This document shows, in pieces, positions 1 to 12,200 of a stretch of 64,000 bases of DNA. Under the pieces are notes generated by a model. It was not told the DNA's origin, ran no database searches, and saw only the letters and a program-made list of their open reading frames with translations. The stretch is from assembly GCA_964187785.1 (NCBI GenBank), contig OZ076413.1, positions 42,162,001-42,226,000 of the forward strand, written 5' to 3'. The position numbers and the translations under genes are program-made. Within the stretch, counting starts at the first letter, position 1, and the number at the start of each line of letters is the position of its first letter. Source of the stretch: Amphiscolops sp. MND2022. Its lineage: Eukaryota.

Positions 1-187
1 AATTTCAAAATGTTCCAAAAATTGAAGACTATTTGTTCCCTTGAGTGTTACTAAATCAAAATTTTCCCATTCAATTGAAATGATCGAACTGGTAATGCCT
101 AAACATCTGGTGATGCCTTTGAGTTGTACCAACGCGGCTTTGAGGATCGCTGGGAGCTTTTAGTTGTTTTTCACACATGTCGTTCAG

Positions 188-293
188 ACGGAAGTCGGCC
201 ACGATCAACGACTACAACTCGGATGAAATGTCGGCTCAGTTCTCGGCTACAGCCCCCCTGTACAACGGGCAACTTAACTTCTCGGTCGACAAA
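188..293 (+). CDS. Arrestin-like gene exon (RKSATINDY...NFSVDK)
   Basis: ttcag acceptor, AAA|gtgagt donor, GC-richer than flanks, phase fits the next exon. Confidence 0.7.
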
Positions 294-3200
294 GTGAGTC
301 ACTTAAAAGCGCAGCCCTCTTTAAAATTTTGCAAAATTCTGACAGCTCAGTCCTGAAAACTTAGCTACGGTATATAGTCAACATCTGAGGTTTTTATACG
401 ATTATCGTACGAAACAAACCATGTTCATCTTCGGAATCTCACGGATTTCCACAATTTGTTGGAATTGAATAGTCAATAGTATTATATTAAATCAGCAACT
501 AGCAAAAACTTCACCTCAGATAAAGCAATTCTCACACCTTTCCCAAAGACAGTAAAACTCACTTTATAAAAACTCGCGTAGTGTAGCTTCGAACCCACGT
601 GCTTCGCGAAAAATCAGCAAGAGAGCGTGACTTAACACTGAGAGAAAGATTATGAAAAACATGTTTGTCTAATTTTTTGGCGGGCTTTTTGACAACCAGA
701 AGCCCAAGAATATTCTATATAGGAAGTAGAATATGGATGTTACAAGCACGCAAACTTTAAAACGATGACCTTGAATTTTAAGATAGCCACAGAGTGTCTT
801 AGATTTCCTATATTACGCGCGTACTTTGAATCAAAACAATGGCGCCGAAATATGATCTCAATAATTTTTCTTAAAAAAGGGGACCCTTGGCCCTTTTGGT
901 AGTTTCCTAGATCTTAGTAAAATGTGGAAAACTCAAAGGTAGGACTTTTAGGTCTTCGTTACCACGATGCAAAAATCTCTTTGAACAACTGAATTGGTAC
1001 GAAAAATCACATAGTTTTTCAATTGAAAACCAGGAACGGCACAAGTTGGCGCCCCACTTAAAACTCAAACTGAGCAAACGTACTTCCAAGCGTCGGGTAA
1101 TCTTTTTAAAAATCCCAATCTGACAGTGCCAACAAAACCAAATGGGGGGACTCTTTACGATTAAAAGGGATTTTTGCCTTTTTTATTACCAAAAATACAA
1201 AAAAAGCAAAACTTTCTTGCCTGTTTCATCACTAGAAATATCAAAGAACCAAAGCGAGAACTTTTTGTGCTAAAAATCTGTCCCAGAAAAGTCGCACAGT
1301 GCGGAAAAATCCAGAGATGATCTGTTCTGACAGAAGTTGATGTTCATCTGTACGGTTTGAAATCTCTTTCAACAATATGATGCAGTCTAAAATATCGAAT
1401 GAAAGGATTCAAGTAAATATCAAAGATTAAATATCAAATTCTATTCTTTTGAAAAGCAGTTGCCGACGAAAACTGGCAAACAAAAATAAATTCAGTGATT
1501 CTGGAAGTTTGAATTGCGCGCTAATAGAAAAAGTTTTTTAGTACGTTCATAACATGACATTTTTCAGGCTTTTCCAGTTTTCTGGCCCGGAAACACAATT
1601 GCTGGATGTTTCGAGCCAGAGATGGATGCTCGAATAGCCCTGGTACTCATTGCTTTCTACAAGGGCGGCAAAATTCACGTGACCCAAGGTATCTTGTACT
1701 TTTTTCAACCGGTCTCAAGTTTTTGCATTATTCAATTCGCTCTTCTCAAAGTTTGACAATTGAACTTCAATTAGATGACGGCAAATGAAAGTGATTATTT
1801 TTATCTGCCCCCGTCCAAGTCAGAAATTTGCTACCATTTGAAAAAAAACCTATATCTATGGTTTTAATTTTTTTCAATTTCATTCGATTTTAATTCGAAA
1901 AAAGGTAATACATAGAACCTCCTTATTCAACATTTTTGTCATTTTGATGAGCTTTTGATGCAAGCATCTTGGAACGAAATTTTTAAGAATTTAAAACTTT
2001 ATGTATAGTTTAAATTTTTGAAATAGTGGCATATTTCTGACTTGTGAAATGGAAGAGATATTGTGGACCAAGAATCTAGGCATCAGAAAGAAACAAAAAG
2101 TTCAAGACACCCCGACTATTGTCGGATTTTAGAATTTACCTTGCTAGGCAAAGTTGCTCGAACAATTAGATTAATTAAAAATGAAAATGAAAATGATTTG
2201 AGAGAAAATACGAAAATGAAGACGAGAGCAAATTTCTGTCTCGGGTGAGAGATAGTGAATTATGGCAGCGCTTTTGTTTTCACTAACAAAAGCGACTAAG
2301 GAACAAGGAACTATGAAAACGTTTTCAGGAATTCTGGGGAGCTACCAAAGACTTACCATTGAAATCTTCAGACAACAAGGTACCAGTGATTAGGCAAAAA
2401 ATCAAAGCGAACAAAATTTGACCGCCAGTTGACAATAGAAAAAACGTAAAACCAAAAGAAATTGTGAAAAAAACATCAATGCATTATAACCAATTAATAT
2501 ACTGCCTTGGGCCAACATTCTGTAACAAATTCCCAAATTAATTTTCAGAACGAAAGATGCTCAAACTCTTGGCAAGTCGTGAAAACGAATTTATCTTGAC
2601 GAAATCTTACAGATTTCTTGTTGACAAAAGTTTCCTGCATTCACAGATTGTTTCAACACCTTTGATTTAAAAATTATGTTGGTAAGCTTGATAAGCATGC
2701 ACGTCGCTGTATAAATGGACACAGAGGCGAAGCCGTGCTTCGCAAACACTTGCGAAGTTTTGAAAACCAAATAAGCAATATCATACGTAGAACCAAGGGT
2801 AAAAGGAGTATGTTAAAATTTCATCAATTTTACAGCGCCAAAAAATACACGAAGGGATGGGCATAAGTCTCGAAAACCATTCTTCCCCAACTGAAAACAG
2901 CAAAAAACCCATCTTCCTCAACGGAAAACCTTAAAAACACAGAAAATTAAAGAAAAATTTTTTGAAGGACACCGGCAATTTTTTTGAAGTCGCATTGTGC
3001 CGAAAACCTTGACGAGTCCTTTAGAGTCACAAAACGTTTCATTTTTGGTAAAAATTGAGGGGGGACTTCGATGAAAAAAAAATGAAAAAGTCGCATATGA
3101 AAAACACCGGTCTTTGAAAAAAAAATCGGATATAGCGTGCTGGGCCTGAGAAAACCTAATTCTAAGACAAAAATTATTACTTTTGAAAAATCTCACAAGG

Positions 3201-6200
3201 CCGAAAACTGTGAAAGGGGGGTTCTTTGAGATTTTTTATTATCCATTCTTTTGCGATAATTCAAAAAAATTGAAGGGGGACCATTTGGAGACTTCGAAAA
3301 ATTTTCGAAAAAAATGCGAATTTTTAACAGTCTCATAGTGCCAAAAAATCTGAAAGAGACCCTTTTGAATTTTTTAACGTTCGTTCTGTTGCAAAATATC
3401 AAAAAAATGAAGGGAGGACCCTTTGGGGACATTAAAAAATTTTCGAAAATAAGTCTCAAAAAGCCGAAAAGGGGGGAGGGGGAGTCTCATATTGTCGAAA
3501 AAAATCAGAATCTTCTGCTTCGAAAATTTTGTAAAAAAAATTACCGCATAGGCACGGGTTCGAACCCGGACCCTCTGGGTTGAAAAGCAAGCATCTTACC
3601 GCTAGACCGAGAAAAGTCTGAATTATGCGACTTGCGGTCTGAAACGAGAGTTGTCGCGCGGAAAAAAACTCGCACTTTCCCATAACATTTGCTTATCGCA
3701 AGTGTAAAAACAAGCCAGGAACGGTATAAGTCGGCATAACTCAAAATACTCAAAAGACTTCACAAGCTTTGAGGAACTGTTTTTGGAATACTCTCAATCT
3801 CACAGAATGAAATAACTAGAAGGGAGTCACTTCGGACTTGAAAAAGCTTTATTTTAAATTTGAAAAATGCTAAACGGTTGTTTTCCAGAGAATTTTGGTC
3901 TCAAAAAAACCTTAAACTTGAAAATGTTCAGGACTGGATATAGTAAACACCTTGATTGGGAAAAATTTCCAAAAAGTTGCACATTGAAATGATTGAGAAT
4001 ATGATCAAAAATGACGATTCAGCAGTAAATAGTATAAAAGCAAATATCATAACAAGCCGGGAACAGCCTAAGTGAATTTTTTTGAATATGCAAAAAGACA
4101 CTATTAAAATTTCATCAAATTTACAGTGCCAAAAAATACCCGAAGGGATACGCATAAGACTCGATAACCACTTTTTCTTTAACTTGAAACAGCAAAAACC
4201 CATCTTGCTCAACCACAAGATTCTTTCAAAAAATGTCTCCGGTGAGTCGCAGAGTGCCGAAAACCCTAAGGAGTCCTCTATACTCGCATCTTTGGTTTCT
4301 AGTAAAAATCAGGGGGAATTTAGATATAGCGTGCTGGGCCACTGAGAACCCCTAATTTTAAGACGAAAAATTTCACAATGCACATATTCAGAAAAGGGGA
4401 CTCTTTGGGCATTTTGAAAAATAAGTGTCATGCAAAATATCAAAGAATTGAAGGAGAGCCCTTTTGGAGACATTAGAAGTTTTCGAAAAAAGTCCCACAT
4501 GCCGAAAAAGTGAAAAGGGAGACCCCCAAACCGATTAACCTTTGTATCAAGTTATACTAAAAGTGCACACAAACGTGCACAAAAAGTGGACCGATCGCAA
4601 TAACTGACGAAAAAATCTAGCCACTGTAAGAGTCGTGCTTTTTCTCCGAAAACACGGAGTAAAAATCAAATCAGTTTCATTTATCATAGTAAACACCTTG
4701 ATTGGGAAAAATTTCCAAAAAGTTTCACATTGAAATGATTGAGAATATGATCAAAAATGACGATTCAGCAGTAAATAGCATAAAAGCAAATATCATAACA
4801 AGCCGGGAACAGCCTAAGTGAATTTTTTTGAATATGCAAAAAGACACTATTAAAATTTCATCAAATTTACAGTGCCAAAAAATACCCGAAGGGATACGCA
4901 TAAGACTCGATAACCACTTTTTCTTCAACTTGAAACAGCAAAAACCATCTTGCTCAACCACAAGATTCTTTCAAAAAATGTCTCCGGTGAGTCGCAGAGT
5001 GCCGAAAACCCTAAGGAGTCCTCTATACTCGCATCTTTGGTTTCTAGTAAAAATCAGGGGGAATTTAAAAATAGCGTGCTGGGCCACTGAGAACCCCTAA
5101 TTTTAAGACGAAAAATTTCACAATGCACATATTCTGAAAAGGGGACTCTTTGGGCATTTTGAAAAATAAGTGTCATGCAAAATATCAAAGAATTGAAGGA
5201 GAGCCCTTTTGGAGACATTAGAAGTTTTCGAAAAAAGTCCCACACGCCGAAAAAGTGAAAAGGGAGACCCCCAAACCGATTAACCTTTGTACCAAGTTAT
5301 ACTAAAAGTGCTAACAAACGTGCACAAAAAGTGGACCGATCGCGGTAACTGACGAAAAAATCTAGCCACTGTAAGAGTCGTGCTTTTTCTCCGAAAACAC
5401 GGAGTAAAAATCAAATCAGTTTCATTTATCATAGTAAACACCTTGATTGGGAAAAATTTCCAAAAAGTTGCACATCGAAATGATTGAGAATATGATCAAA
5501 AATGACGATTCAGCAGTAAATAGCATAAAAGCAAATATCATAACAAGCCGGGAACAGCCTAAGTGAATTTTGTTGAATATGCAAAAAGACACTATTAAAA
5601 TTTCATCAAATTTACAGTGCCAAAAAATACCCAAAGGGATACGCATAAGACTCGATAACCACTTTTACTTTAACTTGAAATAGCAAAAACCCATCTTGCT
5701 CAACCACAAGATTTTTTCAAAAAATGTCTCCGGTGAGTCGCAGAGTGCCGAAAACCCTAAGGAGTCCTCTATACTCGCATCTTTGGTTTCTAGTAAAAAT
5801 CAGGGGGAATTTAGAAATAGCGTGCTGGGCCACTGAGAACCCCTAATTTTAAGACGAAAAATTTCACTATGCACATATTCTGAAAAGGGGACCCTTTGGG
5901 CATTTTGAAAAATAAGTGTCATGCAAAATATCAAAGAATTGAAGGAGAGCCCTTTTGGAGACATTAGAAGTTTTCGAAAAAAGTCCCACATGCCGAAAAA
6001 GTGAAAAGGGAGACCCCAAACCGATTAACCTTTGTATCAAGTTATACTAAAAGTGCACACAAACGTGCACAAAAAGTGGACCGATCGCAATAACTGACGA
6101 AAAAATCTAGCCACTGTAAGAGTCGTGCTTTTTCTCCGAAAACACGGAGTAAAAATCAAATCAGTTTCATTTATCATAGTAAACACCTTGATTGGGAAAA

Positions 6201-9200
6201 ATTTCCAAAAAGTTGCACATTGAAATGATTGAGAATATGATCAAAAATGACGATTCAGCAGTAAATAGCATAAAAGCAAATATCATAACAAGCCGGGAAC
6301 AGCCTAAGTGAATTTTTTTGAATATGCAAAAAGACACTATTAAAATTTCATCAAATTTACAGTGCCAAAAAATACCCAAAGCGATACGCATAAGACTCGA
6401 TAACCACTTTTTCTTTAACTTGAAACAGCAAAAACCCATCTTGCTCAACCACAAGATTCTTTCAAAAATGTCTCCGGTGAGTCGCAGAGTGCCGAAAACC
6501 CTAAGGAGTCCTCTATACTCGCATCTTTGGTTTCTAGTAAAAATCAGGGGGAATTTAAAAATAGCGTGCTGGGCCACTGAGAACCCCTAATTTTAAGACG
6601 AAAAATTTCACAATGCACATATTCTGAAAAGGGGACTCTTTGGGCATTTTGAAAAATAAGTGTCATGCAAAATATCAAAGAATTGAAGGAGAGCCCTTTT
6701 GGAGACATTAGAAGTTTTCGAAAAAAGTCCCACACGCCGAAAAAGTGAAAAGGGAGACCCCCAAACCGATTAACCTTTGTACCAAGTTATACTAAAAGTG
6801 CTAACAAACGTGCACAAAAAGTGGACCGATCGCGGTAACTGACGAAAAAATCTAGCCACTGTAAGAGTCGTGCTTTTTCTCCGAAAACACGGAGTAAAAA
6901 TCAAATCAGTTTCATTTATCATAGTAAACACCTTGATTGGGAAAAATTTCCAAAAAGTTGCACATTGAAATGATTGAGAATATGATCAAAAATGACGATT
7001 CAGCAGTAAATAGCATAAAAGCAAATATCATAACAAGCCGGGAACAGCCTAAGTGAATTTTTTTGAATATGCAAAAAGACACTATTAAACTTTCATCAAA
7101 TTTACAGTGCCAAAAAATACCCAAAGGGATACGCATAAGACTCGATAACCACTTTTACTTTAACTTGAAATAGCAAAAACCCATCTTGCTCAACCACAAG
7201 ATTTTTTCAAAAAATGTCTCCGGTGAGTCGCAGAGTGCCGAAAACCCTAAGGAGTCCTCTATACTCGCATCTTTGGTTTCTAGTAAAAATCAGGGGGAAT
7301 TTAGAAATAGCGTGCTGGGCCACTGAGAACCCCTAATTTTAAGACGAAAAATTTCACTATGCACATATTCTGAAAAGGGGACCCTTTGGGCATTTTGAAA
7401 AATAAGTGTCATGCAAAATATCAAAGAATTGAAGGAGAGCCCTTTTGGAGACATTAGAAGTTTTCGAAAAAAGTCCCACATGCCGAAAAAGTGAAAAGGG
7501 AGACCCCAAACCGATTAACCTTTGTATCAAGTTATACTAAAAGTGCACACAAACGTGCACAAAAAGTGGACCGATCGCAATAACTGACGAAAAAATCTAG
7601 CCACTGTAAGAGTCGTGCTTTTTCTCCGAAAACACGGAGTAAAAATCAAATCAGTTTCATTTATCATAGTAAACACCTTGATTGGGAAAAATTTCCAAAA
7701 AGTTGCACATTGAAATGATTGAGAATATGATCAAAAATGACGATTCAGCAGTAAATAGCATAAAAGCAAATATCATAACAAGCCGGGAACAGCCTAAGTG
7801 AATTTTTTTGAATATGCAAAAAGACACTATTAAAATTTCATCAAATTTACAGTGCCAAAAAATACCCGAAGGGATACGCATAAGACTCGATAACCACTTT
7901 TTCTTTAACTTGAAACAGCAAAAACCCATCTTGCTCAACCACAAGATTCTTTCAAAAATGTCTCCGGTGAGTCGCAGAGTGCCGAAAACCCTAAGGAGTC
8001 CTCTATACTCGCATCTTTGGTTTCTAGTAAAAATCAGGGCGAATTTAGAAATAGCGTGCTGGGCCACTGAGAACCCCTAATTTTAAGACGAAAAATTTCA
8101 CAATGCACATATTCTGAAAAGGGGACTCTTTGGGCATTTTGAAAAATAAGTGTCATGCAAAATATCAAAGAATTGAAGGAGAGCCCTTTTGGAGACATTA
8201 GAAGTTTTCGAAAAAAGTCCCACACGCCGAAAAAGTGAAAAGGGAGACCCCCAAACCGATTAACCTTTGTACCAAGTTATACTAAAAGTGCACACAAACG
8301 TGCACAAAAAGTGGACCGATCGCGGTAACTGACGAAAAAATCTAGCCACTGTAAGAGTCGTGCTTTTTCTCCGAAAACAAGGAGTAAAAATCAAATCAGT
8401 TTCATTTATCATAAATTTTATATCTCTACAGTAAAACTCGTTGTATGACTCGGTCTTCCTCATTTCGGGGCGCTTCACGCCCCACAGGTCGGCTATCGTC
8501 AAAACCAACCGCTGGAGAAGTAGTGGCACGTCCCTCTGCTTAGCCTTCCTTCTGCATTCAGGGCACTAGAAGTGGGGGGGGGGTCGTTGCCATTCGCCGA
8601 TCGTTGTCAAAAATGCGTTAGTGTATTTTGATTGAACATGTGCTATTGTGAGCTTTGGACAATCAGATTTGTTCCAGTTGAGAGAAAATGAAAAGTTATG
8701 CTTAGTGAAACTAATTTCGATTTTGCTATTTGCTCTCAAGCCATTTGGGAATACACTCATCCTTCCCATTGTAGATAATTCGATTCAAGTTGAAAATTTG
8801 TTCACCCCAAAAGCTGCTGCCACTTTTTTCATGATCTTCCTTTTAGAAAACGCGCCCATGCGGGCACAGTATTATTTCTGCTTCAGATTCTAATGTTGAA
8901 TAATAGAAGCAAATCTGGAATAACTATACACTTCTGTTTAATCATTGTATAGCGGACAATTAATCACTGTACGTTTACACCGTCTTCACTTCTTTTCGGA
9001 AAAAAAAGAAAATATAACTACTAAGAGTATATTAAGGTTCGCATTCGCATTTGAATCAAGTGATGCTCTCAAGGAACGAATAAGTAACACTCATTTGCTT
9101 CATCTCAATGAAATCGGCGTACGAATGCATCACTAACACTCTTCATCGATCGATAATTGAACGGTGGCGATAATCGAATCGTCGGCTGCTTGAGAAATAT

Positions 9201-12200
9201 AAACTGCACGCGTATACTCACTGCTGAACAAGATTTCTGAATCTTTTCTAGTAGGTACTCGGGTAACGAACACACTCGGTTGGAAAAAACAAACTCATCT
9301 TTTCGGTTTCTATATTATTCCAACTACCTCCCAAATAATAAAAACTAAGCAAGTTTTCTCAATCATCATTTTAAAATTTTTCAATATAGCGACGTAGATG
9401 CTTATCTATGCTGATGTCTACATAGAGACAACGATGTTCGCTCTAGCGATTTGTGAAATGGGCGTACTGATTGTAATAGATTATTTGGACTGGAAACGGA
9501 ATAGCTTGAAACCCGATGTGTTTTCATGTTGACACTTCAGAGTCAACTTTGCAAGAAATTTTTGTAACTTGCTCATATGAGATTTGACTACTTTTATTTA
9601 CCACTTTTTCCATATCTTTCAGCAACTTTTTACACTCTGAGGTGTCCCTGAGACCCAGTTTTGTAAAACTGCAAACGGAAGACAATAGAGTTTTGTTTTT
9701 ATAAAATTTAGCACAGTCATTCTAAACCCAAAATAGACATCAAAATAGTATGAGAAACATAGCCAATTTTAGTCCAAAAATGACCAATTGACAATAAAGC
9801 AGGTAACTTGTTTTTTCAATATTTTAATCCGCTTTCAACTCCTCAACCGCACATGCACAGATGGTAGTGCGTCTGCCTGGCAGACACGAGGTCGTGGGTT
9901 CAACCCGCGCTGATGCATTACATTTTTAGCGGAAAATATCCCGGTGCTTAGCGGGCGTCTTGTTTAACTTTTAATCCTCCTTTTTCTGAAAATTGTTTCC
10001 CGGGCAATAATTGTTGCAATATTTCAGGACCAGTAATAGTAACAGAAACTTCTGTAGTGAACGGCAAACATGCTTTTGAGCTCGTGATTCCTGACCAGGC
10101 CAATGGACAAGCACTTCCCATGTCTTTCCGAGACGATTTCGTTCAAATCGAGTACCGTCTAGTTGGATACGACTTAGGTCAGTGAAGACTTTAAATAATT
10201 TTCATGTTCAAACAAAATCATTCCAAGCACTGCCGAGGACTTCCAGAGGTCTACGTAACCAACGTTTTCACGCTGCTAATCAGCGATTTACCGAATTAGC
10301 GGCAGCACCGAATTTTTCCTGCGATTTTATTAGCAATTCAAATTAGCGGCAACTAATAAATAGTCCAAATTCAATATTTCCTCGGAAAATACATGGAATT
10401 TCAAAAATTCATGAAAAATTCCAAATCATATTATGGTAAAACCCACACAATATAAAAAATTGTAGTCTTTTTGCTCGCAAAATCTGGATTAAGTTATCAT
10501 TTAGTTTTAGAACATACCTGAAGTCGAACATTTTAGAGTTTGAAGAAAAAGTTTTTCAGCGAAATAGCGATTTTGAAACTAGCGGTTTAACGATTAGCGG
10601 AAAAAATAAGCCTGCACGTACTCACAATTGGATCAAAGCCTGATCGTGTGGAGCTTGTTTACACGGTGAAACACAAAGCAAAGACAGTGTTTCGATTGCT
10701 ATTGATCAATTGCTATCAAGAGCGCATGATTTGAAGTTTGTCAGATGAAAAAACCAGAACGCGAACGAACAACAAAGGCTTTATTCATATTGTCAGAACT
10801 TCTGACAATATGAATAAAGCCTTTGTTGTTCGTTCGCGTTCTGGTTTTTTCATCTGACAAAACTTTTTTCATATGACAAATCATATAATTGAACCTTTCT
10901 GAGAACTTTTGAAAAGTTCTCAGAAAGGTTCAATTATACAAGGTATCAAGTGCCTGGGGTTTCGAAAATATCCCTCAATAACAATATCATCGTACTAGAG
11001 AAGAATCGGATTAAATATAGAAACGGAGTTTCTCAGCTAAAAGCTTCAGTTAAAATTAATTTCAAAGCAGTCGTACTCGAGGAATATTTCTCAAAGAAAA
11101 CAGGTTTCGAAAATTCGACCTCAAATTAAAAATGAGGAAACCTTTCACGCCTTCATGCAAAATCTGTTTCTGTGATCTAGGCACCAACGAACAGTTACGT
11201 GGACACCTTCCAATTCAAGTGATGTGTCCGATTCTGATCAACGAACACAACCACCGGGTGATGAGGACGGAAAAGAAATTGAGGGCCCTGGGACTGTTCC
11301 AGACGGGTGAAATCAAAATCGGGATCCGGGTCAACAACCCAGAGCTCAGACCCGGAGAGGACCTCTCTATGAAGGTTACTCAGTCATAGAGCAAGCATTA
11401 CATCACCGGGTCGCTCAACGTCACCGGGTTGTTTAACATCACCGAGTTGTCCATTCATTGTTCATGGAGATTGTGTTTCAAATTGAACGCCGATCAAAAT
11501 CATTGTTGAGGATTCTGTGTTTCTCGCATAGAATATTTCTTTTCTGACTTTCACAACATATCATATATTTCATTTGGCACCCAACTGGGAAGAATTCGAT
11601 ACCCATATACCAACAGATTTTGATGGCGCATAAAAAAGGTACTTTTGCGTAACTGAAAAATAGGTACCCTTTGACCACATAAAAGTTTCAGAAAAAAATA
11701 GCACGGAGTCGAAAAAGGAGGAAAAGTTCTTTTCCACAATCACTAAGAACTCGAACCCACACAGTCCTGCTTCTCAGCGCTCAAAAAATTCGCGTTAACA
11801 TCTGGGCTAAGAAGCAGCTAGATGTTACTAAGTTGCAGCTAAGTAGTAGCTTATAAATATAGAACTGCTTAGCATATAGAAATCTGTCAGTTCGCTGGTC
11901 ATTAAAAGCCACTGTTTTAGTCGCCGACTGCCGGTGGTTCTTTTCTCCGAGAAGCACTGACTAGAAAAGAGGACGAGACGTAATTGAAATTCGAAAGAAA
12001 ATAGCTTTTTTGCATCTTTATGGGACAATTTCATCACTGAATGTGTTAAATTAGAACAACTTATATCATCGAGGGCTAAAGGTACTGTCATACAGTCTAT
12101 ATTAATGATAGCTAGTTGTTGAGATGAAAAACATTTCATCACCAAAAACCCAAATTCACTATAACCGAACGCATTATATACCTTCCGGCTTATATACCTT

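Noticed and set aside
3928..8225. Recurring 60-136 aa ORFs in the tandem array
   Set aside because: They are by-products of a repeated AT-rich non-coding unit, broken differently in each copy, with no motifs.
9851..9915. Functional tRNA genes here and at 3545, 12427 and 50593
   Set aside because: Acceptor, anticodon or T stems do not pair; most are embedded in repeats.
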